NCBI GenBank assembly: GCA_045562675.1 | Contig: JBJKVL010000010.1 | Coordinates: 22,284-86,283, forward strand | Reading direction: 5' to 3' | Length of the DNA: 64,000 bases | From: Dehalococcoidia bacterium | GTDB taxonomy: Bacteria; Chloroflexota; Dehalococcoidia; UBA2979 | Part shown: positions 18,875 to 30,200 of the stretch, in pieces | Layout of the letters: every line of letters starts with the position of its first letter | Position numbering within the stretch: position 1 is the stretch's first letter | Made by a program: the position numbers and the translations under genes | Notes under the pieces: model-generated | The model's database searches: none | The model's input: the letters and a program-made list of their open reading frames with translations, nothing else | What the model was told of the DNA's origin: nothing

Positions 18875-19783
18875 ATGAGCCAATATTTAAAGTTATTTCT
18901 AAAAAAAAGAGTCTTGATTCCAATAAGCATAATTCTTGTCATTTATTTTGGTTTATCGTTTTATGTAACAGTGCTTTCTTTTCAATCAATAATTAACGTC
19001 CACGAGGAAAATCCAGCTGATTATAAATTACAATTTGAAGAGGTACAATTTAATGCTTCAGATAATTCAGATATTACATTGCAAGCATGGTGGCTTCCAA
19101 ATAAAAATGAAAAACAAGCAATTATTTTCGCTCATGGCATTGATGCAAATCGCTCAATTAGACTAAAAATGTTTTCAGAGATACATGATCTTGGCTACCC
19201 TGCATTGCTATTTGATATTAGAGGGCATGGTGAATCAACGAAAACAAAAGTTGGCTTAACTGTGAAAGATATTGGTGATATTAATGGCGCAATAGCATAT
19301 CTTAAATCTGAAAAAAATATTGAAGAGGTTTTATTATTTGGTACAAGTTATGGAGCATCGCTTGTTTTGCAATCAGCCTATACAAATGATGCAGTTCAAG
19401 GTGTCGTTGCTGATGCACCATTTAATAATCTAGTAGAACTACTTGCTGGAGAAGTTGCTCGTCGCACACCAATTCCTCCGTTCATTGCTACCCAGCTAAG
19501 GCATGGTATCATCTGGTCAGCAGAATTATATGAAGGCATTGACCTCAGAGATATCAATCCAGAGAAAAATGCAAGTAAACTAAATTATCCAATTATGCTA
19601 ATTCAGTGTTCAGATGATGACAGAATACCAGTTGATCATGTAGATGAGATCTACGCAAAAGCACCTACTAACTCAACATACCTCAGATATGATAATTGCG
19701 GTGGTCACGATCTAGCATATACAGAATATACGAGTAATTACATTAAAGAAATAAAGAAGTATATCTCAGCACAATTGAACTAA
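18875..19783 (+). CDS. membrane-anchored alpha/beta hydrolase (serine nucleophile)
   Basis: 302 aa with an N-terminal TM helix. AHGIDANR, nucleophile elbow GTSYGAS, and a late D/H (SDDDRIPV ... GGHD). Confidence 0.7.
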   Translation: MSQYLKLFLKKRVLIPISIILVIYFGLSFYVTVLSFQSIINVHEENPADYKLQFEEVQFNASDNSDITLQAWWLPNKNEKQAIIFAHGIDANRSIRLKMFSEIHDLGYPALLFDIRGHGESTKTKVGLTVKDIGDINGAIAYLKSEKNIEEVLLFGTSYGASLVLQSAYTNDAVQGVVADAPFNNLVELLAGEVARRTPIPPFIATQLRHGIIWSAELYEGIDLRDINPEKNASKLNYPIMLIQCSDDDRIPVDHVDEIYAKAPTNSTYLRYDNCGGHDLAYTEYTSNYIKEIKKYISAQLN

Positions 19784-20373
19784 TAATAATTATTTATCTC
19801 TTCCAAAAATAGTTGCACATGTTGATAGCCAGACCATTCAAGAAGCTTTGTATCTCCATATATAGGATCGTTAACAGACGTCAATTTTAATACACCTGCT
19901 GGTAGCGCTTGGCTTAATAAAGCTCTAGTTATGTTCTTAAGAATTTCTGTATAACTTTTAAAAGATACAATATGGAAATTTTTTTTGTATTCATTTCTAT
20001 AATCTAAGATTGTGTTCAATGCTTCTTTTTTTGAATTAAAATTAAGTTGATGCGATGCAAAAGAAAAAGAGTTCCAATTTTTAAAACTATTTAGTTTTGT
20101 GAGCTCAGAGCTATCCAAAGGTTTAAAATCAATAGCCCAATCAGACCAATATTCATTTAATTTTATAAATTCCTGCTTACCATTTATAAGGTGTGCTTCA
20201 CCAGTGGTGAGAGAAATATGATTATCTAAAGTGTTTTTAATATGCAAGCATGTAATACAAATAGTTAATTCAAAATTTTTGCTGTTTTTAATACATAAAT
20301 CACCAGGAATAGCTAATGTTTTGGACAAAGCGGTTTTACATTTACAAATTATACAATTTTCATTCTGGCTCAT
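19780..20373 (-). CDS. hypothetical Cys-rich protein
   Basis: MSQNENCIICKCKTALSK...CIKN...CITCLH at the N-terminus, with no family recognised. ATG 20373 is preferred over the track start 20418. Confidence 0.4.
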   Translation of the reverse strand: MSQNENCIICKCKTALSKTLAIPGDLCIKNSKNFELTICITCLHIKNTLDNHISLTTGEAHLINGKQEFIKLNEYWSDWAIDFKPLDSSELTKLNSFKNWNSFSFASHQLNFNSKKEALNTILDYRNEYKKNFHIVSFKSYTEILKNITRALLSQALPAGVLKLTSVNDPIYGDTKLLEWSGYQHVQLFLEEINNYY

Positions 20374-20481
20374 AATAAAAAAACTCCAAAAACATATCAA
20401 GAAACCTACCTGCAGCATTGTTTTTTTACATTGTATAGCATAACGTTAATTCTATACACCCTATCCTAATGTGAAGGGAAA

Positions 20482-20997
20482 ATGAATCATAGTATGAATA
20501 TTTCAACAGAACAGTTAATATCTGAAGAAGCAGGATCATGTGATTGTGGAGACTCCTGCGCTTGTGGACAGCCGGAGTCAGTCTCTTGGACAGATCAATC
20601 TACATGGAAAAAAGCGTCTATCAATACACTTTGGTGCTTATTAGGATGTTCTATTGGAGACTTCGGAACTATATTTTTCTTTCAGATAACTGAAATTGCA
20701 TTTCCTATGATGGGGATTATGACTTTGGCTATCATTAACGGATTAACCACTTCAGTTATGCTCGAAACATATATTTTATCTAGACAAATGGATCTCAATC
20801 ATGCCTTTAGAACAGCAATGGGCATGTCATTTATTTCAATGGTTGCTATGGAAATTGCTATGAATACGGTTGATGTAGTTTTTGCTGGTGGAGTTTTAAT
20901 GTGGTCTGTCATACCTTTTATGTTACTCGCTGGATTTCTCACTCCCTTACCTTACAATTACTTTAGGCTAAAAAAATATGACGAGTCATGTCATTAG
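20482..20997 (+). CDS. DUF4396-family membrane protein with Cys-rich N-terminal segment
   Basis: 171 aa. GSCDCGDSCACG, then NTLWCLLGCSIGDFG and three or four TM spans. Confidence 0.5.
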   Translation: MNHSMNISTEQLISEEAGSCDCGDSCACGQPESVSWTDQSTWKKASINTLWCLLGCSIGDFGTIFFFQITEIAFPMMGIMTLAIINGLTTSVMLETYILSRQMDLNHAFRTAMGMSFISMVAMEIAMNTVDVVFAGGVLMWSVIPFMLLAGFLTPLPYNYFRLKKYDESCH

Positions 20998-21022
20998 TTA
21001 ATGAGAATAATGAAATCTTGAG

Positions 21023-22291
21023 ATGTTTGCAGAAAATAGAAAACAATTCATCAAGTCATTAAATGGTTGTGCTGCAATAATAATTGGAGGGCAACAGATC
21101 ATCAGAAATGGCGATGTCCATTATGATTTTCGCCAATCATCAAATTTTTATTATCTTACAGGTTTTGATATACCTAATGCTATTGTTGTCGTATTACCAA
21201 AAAGCTCTAAACCATTTGTAATATTTACAGAAGTGAGAACTAGCAATAAGACTCTATGGGATGGACCATCGCCAAGCCCAAAAGCAATTATGAAAAAATA
21301 TGGAGCAAATGCAGTTTATGACATAAGTCAATTTCAAAATAAAATAAAACATTTGCTCAAAGGCGAACAGGTGATTTATTGTAACAAGGATCAACTGCTT
21401 CCTGAGAATAAAACTATTAGAAGTGTATTTAATAACATAAATTTACAGAAAATTAAAATCATAGATCCTAGTAAAATATTCACAAGATTACGCACATACA
21501 AATCAAAAAAAGAAATTGATACTTTACAAAAAGCCACATCAATTACAAGTCGCGCATTATTAAAAACGGTTCGATCTATGCAGGCAGGAATGAACGAATT
21601 TCAATTACAAGCAATTTATGAAGGAGAATCAAAGTTTTTAGGAGCCGAACGACAAGGATTCCCTCCAATTATTGCAAGCGGCGCTAATGCATGCACTTTG
21701 CATTACATTGCTAACAATGCAAATATAAAAAAGAGTGATTTAATCCTTTTTGATATTGGTGCTGAACATGAATATTACACAGCAGATATTAGTAGAACAA
21801 TTCCAGTTAATGGAAAATTTACTAAAACTCAAGCACAAATTTATCAAATTGTTCTTGATGCGCAAAACAAGGCAATTGATGCTGCTCAAACTGGTAATAC
21901 GTTAGGCGATGTGCATCTAGCTGCTGTTTCTGAAATATATAATGGCCTCAAAAAATTAAAAATTATCAAAAGACACTTCAGTGATATATCAAAACAATAC
22001 AATGCTGTAAAAAAGTTTTTTCCGCATGCAACATCACATTGGTTAGGCCTAGATGTACATGACGATGGCTTGTATAGCAAAAATAAATATGAAACTATCT
22101 TGATGCCAGGAATGGTAATTACGGTTGAGCCTGGCCTATATTTTCAAACAAACTTCAATATAGATAAAAAATATAAAGGTATTGGAGTGCGCATTGAAGA
22201 TGACATCCTTATCACACAAACAGGCAACAGGAATTTATCTGCACAATTCCCTAGAGAAATAGAAGAAATTGAAAAAATTTTACAAAAATAA
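21023..22291 (+). CDS. pepP: Xaa-Pro aminopeptidase (M24B)
   Basis: 422 aa. Metal-ligand blocks DIGAEHEYYTADISRT, HATSHWLGLDVHD, VITVEPGLY and GVRIEDD. Confidence 0.85.
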   Translation: MFAENRKQFIKSLNGCAAIIIGGQQIIRNGDVHYDFRQSSNFYYLTGFDIPNAIVVVLPKSSKPFVIFTEVRTSNKTLWDGPSPSPKAIMKKYGANAVYDISQFQNKIKHLLKGEQVIYCNKDQLLPENKTIRSVFNNINLQKIKIIDPSKIFTRLRTYKSKKEIDTLQKATSITSRALLKTVRSMQAGMNEFQLQAIYEGESKFLGAERQGFPPIIASGANACTLHYIANNANIKKSDLILFDIGAEHEYYTADISRTIPVNGKFTKTQAQIYQIVLDAQNKAIDAAQTGNTLGDVHLAAVSEIYNGLKKLKIIKRHFSDISKQYNAVKKFFPHATSHWLGLDVHDDGLYSKNKYETILMPGMVITVEPGLYFQTNFNIDKKYKGIGVRIEDDILITQTGNRNLSAQFPREIEEIEKILQK

Positions 22292-22517
22292 GCAAGAAAA
22301 TAAAATTGCCTAACCTGTTAAGACAAAAAAACAATTGCTAAAGTGAATTAGCCCTTAAATACTTTACCATAACTAGTTGCATATTCAAAAAGTCAATATA
22401 TATTAGATATTACCCTCTAAAAACTGAATAAATGATTATTCTATAAAAAATAATTAAAAAAGATAATCTTTTACTCATCAAACAACTAAAAAGGGTAATT
22501 CGAGGTTGGAGAAAAAT

Positions 22518-25500
22518 ATGAAAATTAAAAGACATTTTACAAATCAAAACAATGATCCATATAGCAGTATAAAATTTGATAAAAGGCAATCAAAAATTGT
22601 TAATCCAGATGGCTCAGTCGTTTTTGAAGCAAATGATGTGATGGTTCCTGAAGATTGGTCGCAAGTAGCAACAGATATTGTTGCCCAAAAATATTTTCGT
22701 AAAGCTGGCGTTCCTACTAAAAAAACTAAAGTGAAAGAAAGTGGTGTGCCCTCCTGGCTACAAAAATCTAAACCATCAAAAAATACAAAAATGGTTGGTG
22801 AAACTGACTCAAGGCAAACCTTTGATCGTTTAGCAGGAACATGGACATATTGGGGATGGAAAAATAATTATTTTAATTCTGAAAATGATGCAAAGGCATT
22901 TTATGATGAAATGCGTTATATGCTTGCAAAACAAATTGCAGCTCCAAACTCACCTCAATGGTTTAACACTGGTCTCCATTGGGCATACGGTATTGCTGGA
23001 CCTGCACAAGGACATCATTACGTAGATCAAGATTCAAAAAAATTATCTAAGTCAACAAGCGCATATGAACGACCACAACCGCATGCCTGCTTCATACAAT
23101 CTGTGAAAGATGATCTTGTAAATGAAGGCGGCATAATGAATTTGTGGACAAGAGAAGCACGAATCTTTAAATATGGTTCAGGGACAGGATCTAACTTTTC
23201 TAATCTACGTGGTGCAGATGAACCATTGTCAGGTGGTGGTAAGTCATCAGGCTTAATGTCATTCTTACAAATAGGTGATCGTGCAGCTGGCGCAGTAAAA
23301 TCAGGAGGCACAACAAGACGTGCAGCAAAAATGGTCATTGTCAATGACGACCACCCTGATGTTGAGCAATTTATTGAATGGAAGGTTAGAGAAGAACAGA
23401 AAGTCGCTGCATTAGTCGCTGGTTCAGCAGCACTGAAAAGACATACTGCAAGAATTTATGATGCAATTAATGCATCTGTAGAAAAAAATGAATTAAACAC
23501 ACTAATTAAAAGAGCAAGAAGAGATAGTGTGCCTGAAATATTAATACAGCGTGCAATTAATCTTGCTGAATCAGGGAAAGTATTAGATATTCAAGAATTT
23601 GATACAGACTGGCAAGGCGAAGCATATCAAACTGTTTCTGGACAAAATTCAAATAATTCAGTCAGAGTAACAGAGGAATTCTTATCAGCCGTACGTAATA
23701 ACAAGGAATGGGACTTAACTAGACGCATAGATGGCAGTGTGCATAAAACAATTCAAGCAAAAGACTTGTGGGAGAAGATTGCTATTGCTTCATGGCAAAG
23801 CGCAGATCCAGGTCTACAATTTGATACTACAATCAACGAATGGCACACTTCACCTCAGGGGGGTCGTATTAATGGATCGAACCCATGCTCAGAATATATG
23901 TTTTTAGATGATACTGCATGCAATCTTGCTTCAATTAATTTAATGAAATTTTTTGTAGAGTCGAATAACTCATTTGACATTGAAGGATACGAACATGCAA
24001 TCAGGCTTTGGACTGTTGTCTTAGAAATATCTGTTTTAATGGCACAATTCCCAAGTAAAGATATTGCACAATTATCATATGACTATCGAACTTTAGGGCT
24101 TGGTTATGCAAATCTCGGTGCATTATTAATGCGCTTTGGTATACCATATGATTCTGAAGAGGCATTCAGTTGGACTGCATGCCTAACGGCATTAATGACA
24201 GGAAAGTCATATGAAGTGTCAGCGGAAATGGCAAAAGAACTTGGAGCATTCCCTGCTTATGAAGAAAATAAGGAAGATATGCTACGTGTTATCCGGAACC
24301 ACAATAGAGCAGTCAACTCTGCAAAAAATGCAGAATATGAAGGATTGTCAGTATTTCCTATGCAAGTTGATTATACTCTGATGCCAAATGAGTTACATGT
24401 TGCTGCAAAAAATGCTTTTCAAAATGCCCTATCAATTGGAGAGCAATATGGTTATCGTAACGCTCAAACAACACTCATTGCTCCGACAGGAACAATAGGC
24501 TTGGTTATGGATTGTGATACAACTGGCGTAGAGCCTGATTTTGCACTTGTAAAATTTAAAAAATTAGCTGGCGGTGGATACTTTAGAATTATCAATGAGT
24601 CCATTCCTGACGCGCTCCAAAACTTGGGTTACACACTAGAGCAAACTAAAGATATAACAGATTACTGTGCAGGCATTGGTTCATTAACTAATGCTACGGC
24701 TATTAATGCAGACACCTTAATAGAAAAAGGGTTTAATAATGAAACTATTGATAAAATCAATGATTCTTTAAAAACAGCATTTCATATTTCTTTTGCATTT
24801 AATCAATATGTAATAGGTAAAGAATTTTGTATAAGCGAGCTAGGATTTTCAGAGGATCAGTTAAATAATCCACTTTTTAATATGCTTAATGAATTAGGTT
24901 TTTCAAATAAGGAAATTGAATTTGCAAATGATGCTATTTTAGGCAGAATGACAATTGAAGGGGCACCTCATCTTTTGGAAGAACACTATAATGTTTTTGA
25001 CTGTGCAAATAAGTGTGGCCAATATGGTACAAGATATATTGCCCCAATGGCACACATAAAAATAATGGGTGCTGCACAACCATTCCTATCAGGAGCAATT
25101 AGTAAAACAATCAATATGCCAAGTGATGCTACTATTGAGAATGTTGAAGAAGTACATATGGAAGCTGCAAATCATATGATTAAAGCGGTTGCTCTATATC
25201 GAGATGGTTCAAAATTATCACAGCCACTTTCCGCTGCACTAATTGATGATTTTGATGAAGATGAGACTGAAGATATAGTGAGTGAAGCGGTTAACGGTAG
25301 CCAAGCTGAAAAAATTGTTGCTACTGCTGCGCATATGGCTCATGAAGCAACTAATAGTCAGCTTTCTGAACGTGGTAGTAGAGAAAAATTACCATCAAGA
25401 AGACAAGGCTATGCTCAAAAAGCCCGCGTTGGTGGACATTCGATATATATACATACTGGTGAATTTGAACAACGAGATGAAAATGGCAACCCAAGGCTAG

Positions 25501-26093
25501 GTGAAATATTTGTTGATATGGCTAAAGATGGCGCAGCATTTAGATCGCTAATGAACTGCTTTGCAATTGCAGTATCAATTGGTTTACAGCATGGAGTGCC
25601 ACTAGATGCGTATGTTGATTCATTCGTGTTTACAAAATTTGAGCCAAATGGTATTGTGAGCGGTCATGATAGAATACAAATGGCGACATCAATTATTGAC
25701 TACCTTTTCAGAGAATTGGGTGTATCATACTTAGGCAGAGATGACCTTGCGCATGTGAGTAGTATAGATGATGCAACCGAAACTGCAGATATAGAAGCTG
25801 AAAATCAGCAACTAAAAGCAGGCATTCCTGCTGAAAATGTTACAGTTCAAAAAGAGCCGCCTGTTACTGCTGAAGAACAAACACCACAAATTATTAATAT
25901 TTCAGATATTAGTACAAATAACACTCAAACAACTAGCACTGCAACTGCAACAATTACAAAAGATGACGTTGCAATTGCAAAGTCTAGAGGATTTGAAGGT
26001 GATCCGTGTGATGAATGCGGTCAAATGATGATGGTAAGAAATGGTACTTGTTTAAAATGTGTTGCGTGCGGCACAACGACCGGATGTAGTTAA
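22518..26093 (+). CDS. nrdJ: class II (adenosylcobalamin-dependent) ribonucleotide reductase
   Basis: ATG 22518 lies 8 nt after GGAG (track TTG is at 22506). Active-site block SNPCSEYMFLDDTACNLASINL. C-terminal Cys finger CDECGQMMMVRNGTCLKCVACG. About 1190 aa. Confidence 0.9.
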   Translation: MKIKRHFTNQNNDPYSSIKFDKRQSKIVNPDGSVVFEANDVMVPEDWSQVATDIVAQKYFRKAGVPTKKTKVKESGVPSWLQKSKPSKNTKMVGETDSRQTFDRLAGTWTYWGWKNNYFNSENDAKAFYDEMRYMLAKQIAAPNSPQWFNTGLHWAYGIAGPAQGHHYVDQDSKKLSKSTSAYERPQPHACFIQSVKDDLVNEGGIMNLWTREARIFKYGSGTGSNFSNLRGADEPLSGGGKSSGLMSFLQIGDRAAGAVKSGGTTRRAAKMVIVNDDHPDVEQFIEWKVREEQKVAALVAGSAALKRHTARIYDAINASVEKNELNTLIKRARRDSVPEILIQRAINLAESGKVLDIQEFDTDWQGEAYQTVSGQNSNNSVRVTEEFLSAVRNNKEWDLTRRIDGSVHKTIQAKDLWEKIAIASWQSADPGLQFDTTINEWHTSPQGGRINGSNPCSEYMFLDDTACNLASINLMKFFVESNNSFDIEGYEHAIRLWTVVLEISVLMAQFPSKDIAQLSYDYRTLGLGYANLGALLMRFGIPYDSEEAFSWTACLTALMTGKSYEVSAEMAKELGAFPAYEENKEDMLRVIRNHNRAVNSAKNAEYEGLSVFPMQVDYTLMPNELHVAAKNAFQNALSIGEQYGYRNAQTTLIAPTGTIGLVMDCDTTGVEPDFALVKFKKLAGGGYFRIINESIPDALQNLGYTLEQTKDITDYCAGIGSLTNATAINADTLIEKGFNNETIDKINDSLKTAFHISFAFNQYVIGKEFCISELGFSEDQLNNPLFNMLNELGFSNKEIEFANDAILGRMTIEGAPHLLEEHYNVFDCANKCGQYGTRYIAPMAHIKIMGAAQPFLSGAISKTINMPSDATIENVEEVHMEAANHMIKAVALYRDGSKLSQPLSAALIDDFDEDETEDIVSEAVNGSQAEKIVATAAHMAHEATNSQLSERGSREKLPSRRQGYAQKARVGGHSIYIHTGEFEQRDENGNPRLGEIFVDMAKDGAAFRSLMNCFAIAVSIGLQHGVPLDAYVDSFVFTKFEPNGIVSGHDRIQMATSIIDYLFRELGVSYLGRDDLAHVSSIDDATETADIEAENQQLKAGIPAENVTVQKEPPVTAEEQTPQIINISDISTNNTQTTSTATATITKDDVAIAKSRGFEGDPCDECGQMMMVRNGTCLKCVACGTTTGCS

Positions 26094-26108
26094 AAATAAG
26101 GCTTACTA

Positions 26109-26435
26109 ATGCAGATTTATAATTTGTTAAAAACAAGAGATATTTCAGAATATACTTTAATTGACATACATGATGATAATGGAAAAAATATTTGTTTGCT
26201 AAAAATTAAAGAAATTAATAATAAGCTACCATTAGCAGAATTTAAAAAAGATGATGGATTATTCTGGGCATCAGGACAACCTGACGCATTTAGCAATATC
26301 ATTGGTGGTACATTTTCCTTGCAAGATGGTAGAAAATATAAAATTGCATGGGTAAAACCATTAGTTGATGAAATTAATTTTGCTCCTACAATGGATTTAT
26401 TTACATCAATGTTACTTGTCCGACGTTTGTCCTAA
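26109..26435 (+). CDS. hypothetical protein
   Basis: 108-aa track ORF between nrdJ and the ABC genes. No motif recognised. Confidence 0.4.
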   Translation: MQIYNLLKTRDISEYTLIDIHDDNGKNICLLKIKEINNKLPLAEFKKDDGLFWASGQPDAFSNIIGGTFSLQDGRKYKIAWVKPLVDEINFAPTMDLFTSMLLVRRLS

Positions 26436-26544
26436 TTTTACTTTAGCAAATAATGGTTTCTTTAGATAAATAATCTAGTAATTCCTTCCATGTAATTTGA
26501 AATGGGTTTATGCTCATTTCGTAATGAAAACCGTGGGAGCAAAA

Positions 26545-27237
26545 ATGAACGAATCAATCGTACAAGCACAAAATCTTGAAATGACCTATAGGAGCGGCGG
26601 AGTAGAAACGCATGCATTACGCGGTGTTAATATAGACATACCAAAGGGCGAAATGGTAGCTGTAATGGGTCCTTCAGGATGTGGTAAAACAACTCTATTA
26701 AATTGTTTGTCAGGAATTGATCAAGCGACAGGTGGTCAAATTACAATTGAAGGCACAAACCTCATTGATATGAGTGATAACCAAAAGACAAAATATCGGG
26801 CAGAAAATATGGGATTTATTTTTCAAACTTTTAATTTATTACCTGTTTTAACAAGTATTGAGAACGTTGAGCTTCCTCTTTTAGTATCAGGAACAGGTAC
26901 AAAAGATGCTCGTCAAAAAGCTCAAAAAGCTTTAGAATCTGTAGGTCTTGGTGAATACGGACATCATAAACCAGCACAATTATCGGGAGGGCAACGACAA
27001 CGTGTCACAGTTGCACGATCGCTAGTAAATGAACCATATATTGTATGGGCAGATGAACCAACTGGATCACTAGATTCTGAAACAGCGAACGAAGTTATGG
27101 AACTTCTGACAAATCTGAATCGTAATGATGGATTAACTATACTCCTTGTAACGCACAACAGAGAGGTCGCTGAATTAAGTAATCGAATTATTCATATGAA
27201 AGATGGAATTATCAGCTCGGAAGAAAAGATAAATTAA
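26545..27237 (+). CDS. ABC transporter ATP-binding protein (MacB/LolD-like)
   Basis: ATG 26545 lies 5 nt after GGGAG. Walker [11 protein letters not shown]-loop, signature LSGGQRQR, Walker [13 protein letters not shown]. Confidence 0.9.
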   Translation: MNESIVQAQNLEMTYRSGGVETHALRGVNIDIPKGEMVAVMGPSGCGKTTLLNCLSGIDQATGGQITIEGTNLIDMSDNQKTKYRAENMGFIFQTFNLLPVLTSIENVELPLLVSGTGTKDARQKAQKALESVGLGEYGHHKPAQLSGGQRQRVTVARSLVNEPYIVWADEPTGSLDSETANEVMELLTNLNRNDGLTILLVTHNREVAELSNRIIHMKDGIISSEEKIN

Positions 27238-30200
27238 TGGACGAGCTATTTAATGTTTCAATTAATACAATTGCACTTTATCTAAGTATTGCTTTTGGAT
27301 TTGTAATTTTGACAAGCGTAGTCATATTTCTTAGAAATCGCATTATTTTTATGATGGGCATCAGAAATATTGGCAGACGGAAATCGCAGACTGTACTTAT
27401 TTTATTAGGCCTGATGCTCTCGACGCTTATCATTTCAGCTGCACTCGGGACAGGCGATACAGTTGCTAATTCCATTACAAATATCTCTTATAATCAATTT
27501 CGTGATGTTGATGTCATTACCAGTAAAGTGAACAAAGAAGATATTCAGGATATTGAAAAAATTGATGGCGTAGCAAATATTGCATCGTATTATGTCCCAG
27601 TTATTAACCTAGAAAAACAACTCTCTGAGCCTATTGTTGCCCTTTCAATTACTGAAACTGACAGCAATCAATTTCCTACAATCAAAACAATCGATAAAGA
27701 AATAATTACAGCTAATGATTTGAAGCCGCTCGAAGCCATTGTTACAACAAAGCTTATTGAAGCATTAGATGCTAATATCGGTGACGAATTATCGTTTACC
27801 TTTAATGAAAACATCTACAATATTACTGTCGCTTATATCACGACAGAAAGTATCTTGGCATCATCTTCGACAGAGGATAATGAATACCTTCAAGGAAGAG
27901 TTATTCAAGTAGGTGGCGGTATTATTTTAAGTGATAATAGTTATGCATTATTTGCTCCTGAAGATGCAAAACAATTTCAAGTAGGCACATTCGGCATTAT
28001 ATCAGTAGATGGAGGAGTCAAAAATAATCTTGAGGACATAAAAGAAGTTAGCAAACAACTTAAAGAAAAAGATGTGACTGTTTTATTTACAAAATCTGAA
28101 CTTATAGAAATTGCTAATACAGTGGGATCTATATTTGTAACTTTTTTCCTAGCATTTGGTTTGTTTTCTATAGGTGCAGGCTTAATGCTTATATTCTTAA
28201 CATTCATCATGCTTGCAGCTGAACGTAACTCAGAAATGGGCATGGCTCGTGCAATAGGTATGAAACGAATTAATTTAACTGAATCTTTCATTGCTGAAGG
28301 CATTGGATACGATCTAGGCTCAGCGCTGATTGGAGCATTTTTAGGTCTCGGAGTTTCATATGGTTTAATCCAAGCTTTATCACAAGCTTTTTCCGATTTT
28401 GGTGTAACATTAGCATTTAATATGCAGCCGCAAAGTTTAATTATCGCTTACACCGCCGGAGCAGTATTAACATTCATTACTGTGGTTTTTGCTTCTTGGC
28501 GCGCTGCAAACTTAAATATTGTGCGTGCGATACGTAACATCCCTGAACCACAATTATTTAGTGAGTCTGCAAGTTCATTCAAGCGACTACTATTTGCAAC
28601 AATAGCAAGTTGCATAAGTATACTTCGTTTTCCACCAATCATTGGCCATGTCTTAGTCAGATTGCTTCGAATTGATAAATTTCGTAAACGATACAGTAGT
28701 TCAGTCGGATGGGCTGTATTAGGGATTATATTTGGCTTATATCTTATATATTGGGGAGGCTGGAGTAATAATCAATTATTTGCTTATACATCAGGTGCTT
28801 CTATAGTCTTGCTTGCATTACCTATTATTGGTGTATATTTTGGTCAGAGTCCTGCCCGATTATATACCTTGAGCAGTATAGTCTTACTGTGGTTTTGGTT
28901 ATTGCCGTTGCCATTTAATATTTTTATTGAAGAAGCAAATACTTGGAATGACCCAATTAATGCATTTTTTAATTTATTTGGCCTTGGGCATGAGCAGCTT
29001 GATGGTAGCATAGAAATGTTTTTTGTTAGCGGTATTTTCATGACAGCAGCAAGTACGATGTTTATCATTTTTAATGCTGATAAAATTGTTGGTCTTATTG
29101 GACTAGGCGGCAGATGGTTTAAAGAGCTAGTGCCTGCACTAAAAATTGCTGTTTCATTTCCACTTGCATCTAAATTTAGAACAGGCATGACAATTGCAAT
29201 GTTTACACTTGTAGTATTTGGCATTGTTGTTACAACGATCTTAAATGCAAACTTTACAAGATTGTTTTTAGGTGGAGAGACATCAACGGGTGGATTCCAA
29301 GTACTTGTTGAAACACCTCCTGGTATTAAGCCAATCAATAATCTAGCTTCTACGTTACAAGCTTCAGGTGGAGTAGATCTTAGTAGTATTACTCAATTTA
29401 GTCGACTCGATACCTGGGGAATAAATGTTGAAGCGCAAGACCATCCTGATATCGAACAAGTTGATGGAATGATTGAAGGGCAACTCAATATCTCAGGTGC
29501 CAATACGCCATTTTTAACTTCTAATACATTGAACATCAAGGGAATGGCTGAAGGATATGAATCATCTGAAGATATATTTACAGCTTTAGCATTAAACACA
29601 AACTATGCAGTTATTGGTGAGCGAGTTCTTCGGCCAAGAGGTCCTTTTAGTGATCCCAGCGCTGATAACATAGCGTTACCGGCATATGAAGAATTAAGAA
29701 ATACAAGCGGCTGGCAACCATTCACAATGATTATAGAACCTCGACTTCCTGAATACCTAGAGTCCTCAGATGCGTTAGAAGGATCTGGGTTAGAGCTAAC
29801 ATGGCCTGAGCAAGTTGAGAAAACACAAATCACAGTCATAGGAATCATAGATGCTGCAAGTGAAAGTTTCATTGCAGACTTTGGCAATATGATTGTCAGC
29901 GATCAAACATTAAGGCAAATATTTGATAATAGATTCGATAATGGAAAACAATTTTTTATGAAATCAACACATTATTTGCAATTGGAAGATTCTTCTGATA
30001 AAAATGCACTATCTGTAGCAGCTGACATTGAATCATCATTATTTGGAACGGGCATACAAGCAACCTCAATTGCAAAAGTGCAAAAAGATGAAACAAGTCA
30101 GTCGCAAAGCTTCCAAATTTTATTTGAAGCGTTTATGGGCCTCGGCTTACTTGTTGGTATAGCCGCATTAGGTGTTATTTCATTCAGAGCTGTAGTAGAA

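Noticed and set aside
22292-22517. Cobalamin riboswitch or NrdR boxes upstream of nrdJ
   Set aside because: No B12-box-like GC-rich element is visible. The only palindromes are AACTAGTT (22371-22378) and TCAATATATATTAG (22393-22406). Both match the ACACTATATATAGTGT-type NrdR box poorly, and their ~25-bp centre spacing does not match the usual tandem-box geometry.
22518-26093. Intein inside the long NrdJ
   Set aside because: The active-site block NPCSEYMFLDDTACNLASINL is uninterrupted. I saw no intein splice-junction or homing-endonuclease motifs. The extra length comes from family-typical insertions and a low-complexity linker.
28844-29338. Numerous antisense or overlapping track ORFs inside long genes, e.g. 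28844..29338, 16504..17055, 1160..1468, 1484..1723, 10637..11026, 14961..15362, 30773..31165, 63..272
   Set aside because: They lie entirely within, and opposite or out of frame to, genes with strong family signatures. Their compositions are low-complexity and they contain no recognisable motifs, so they are shadow ORFs.
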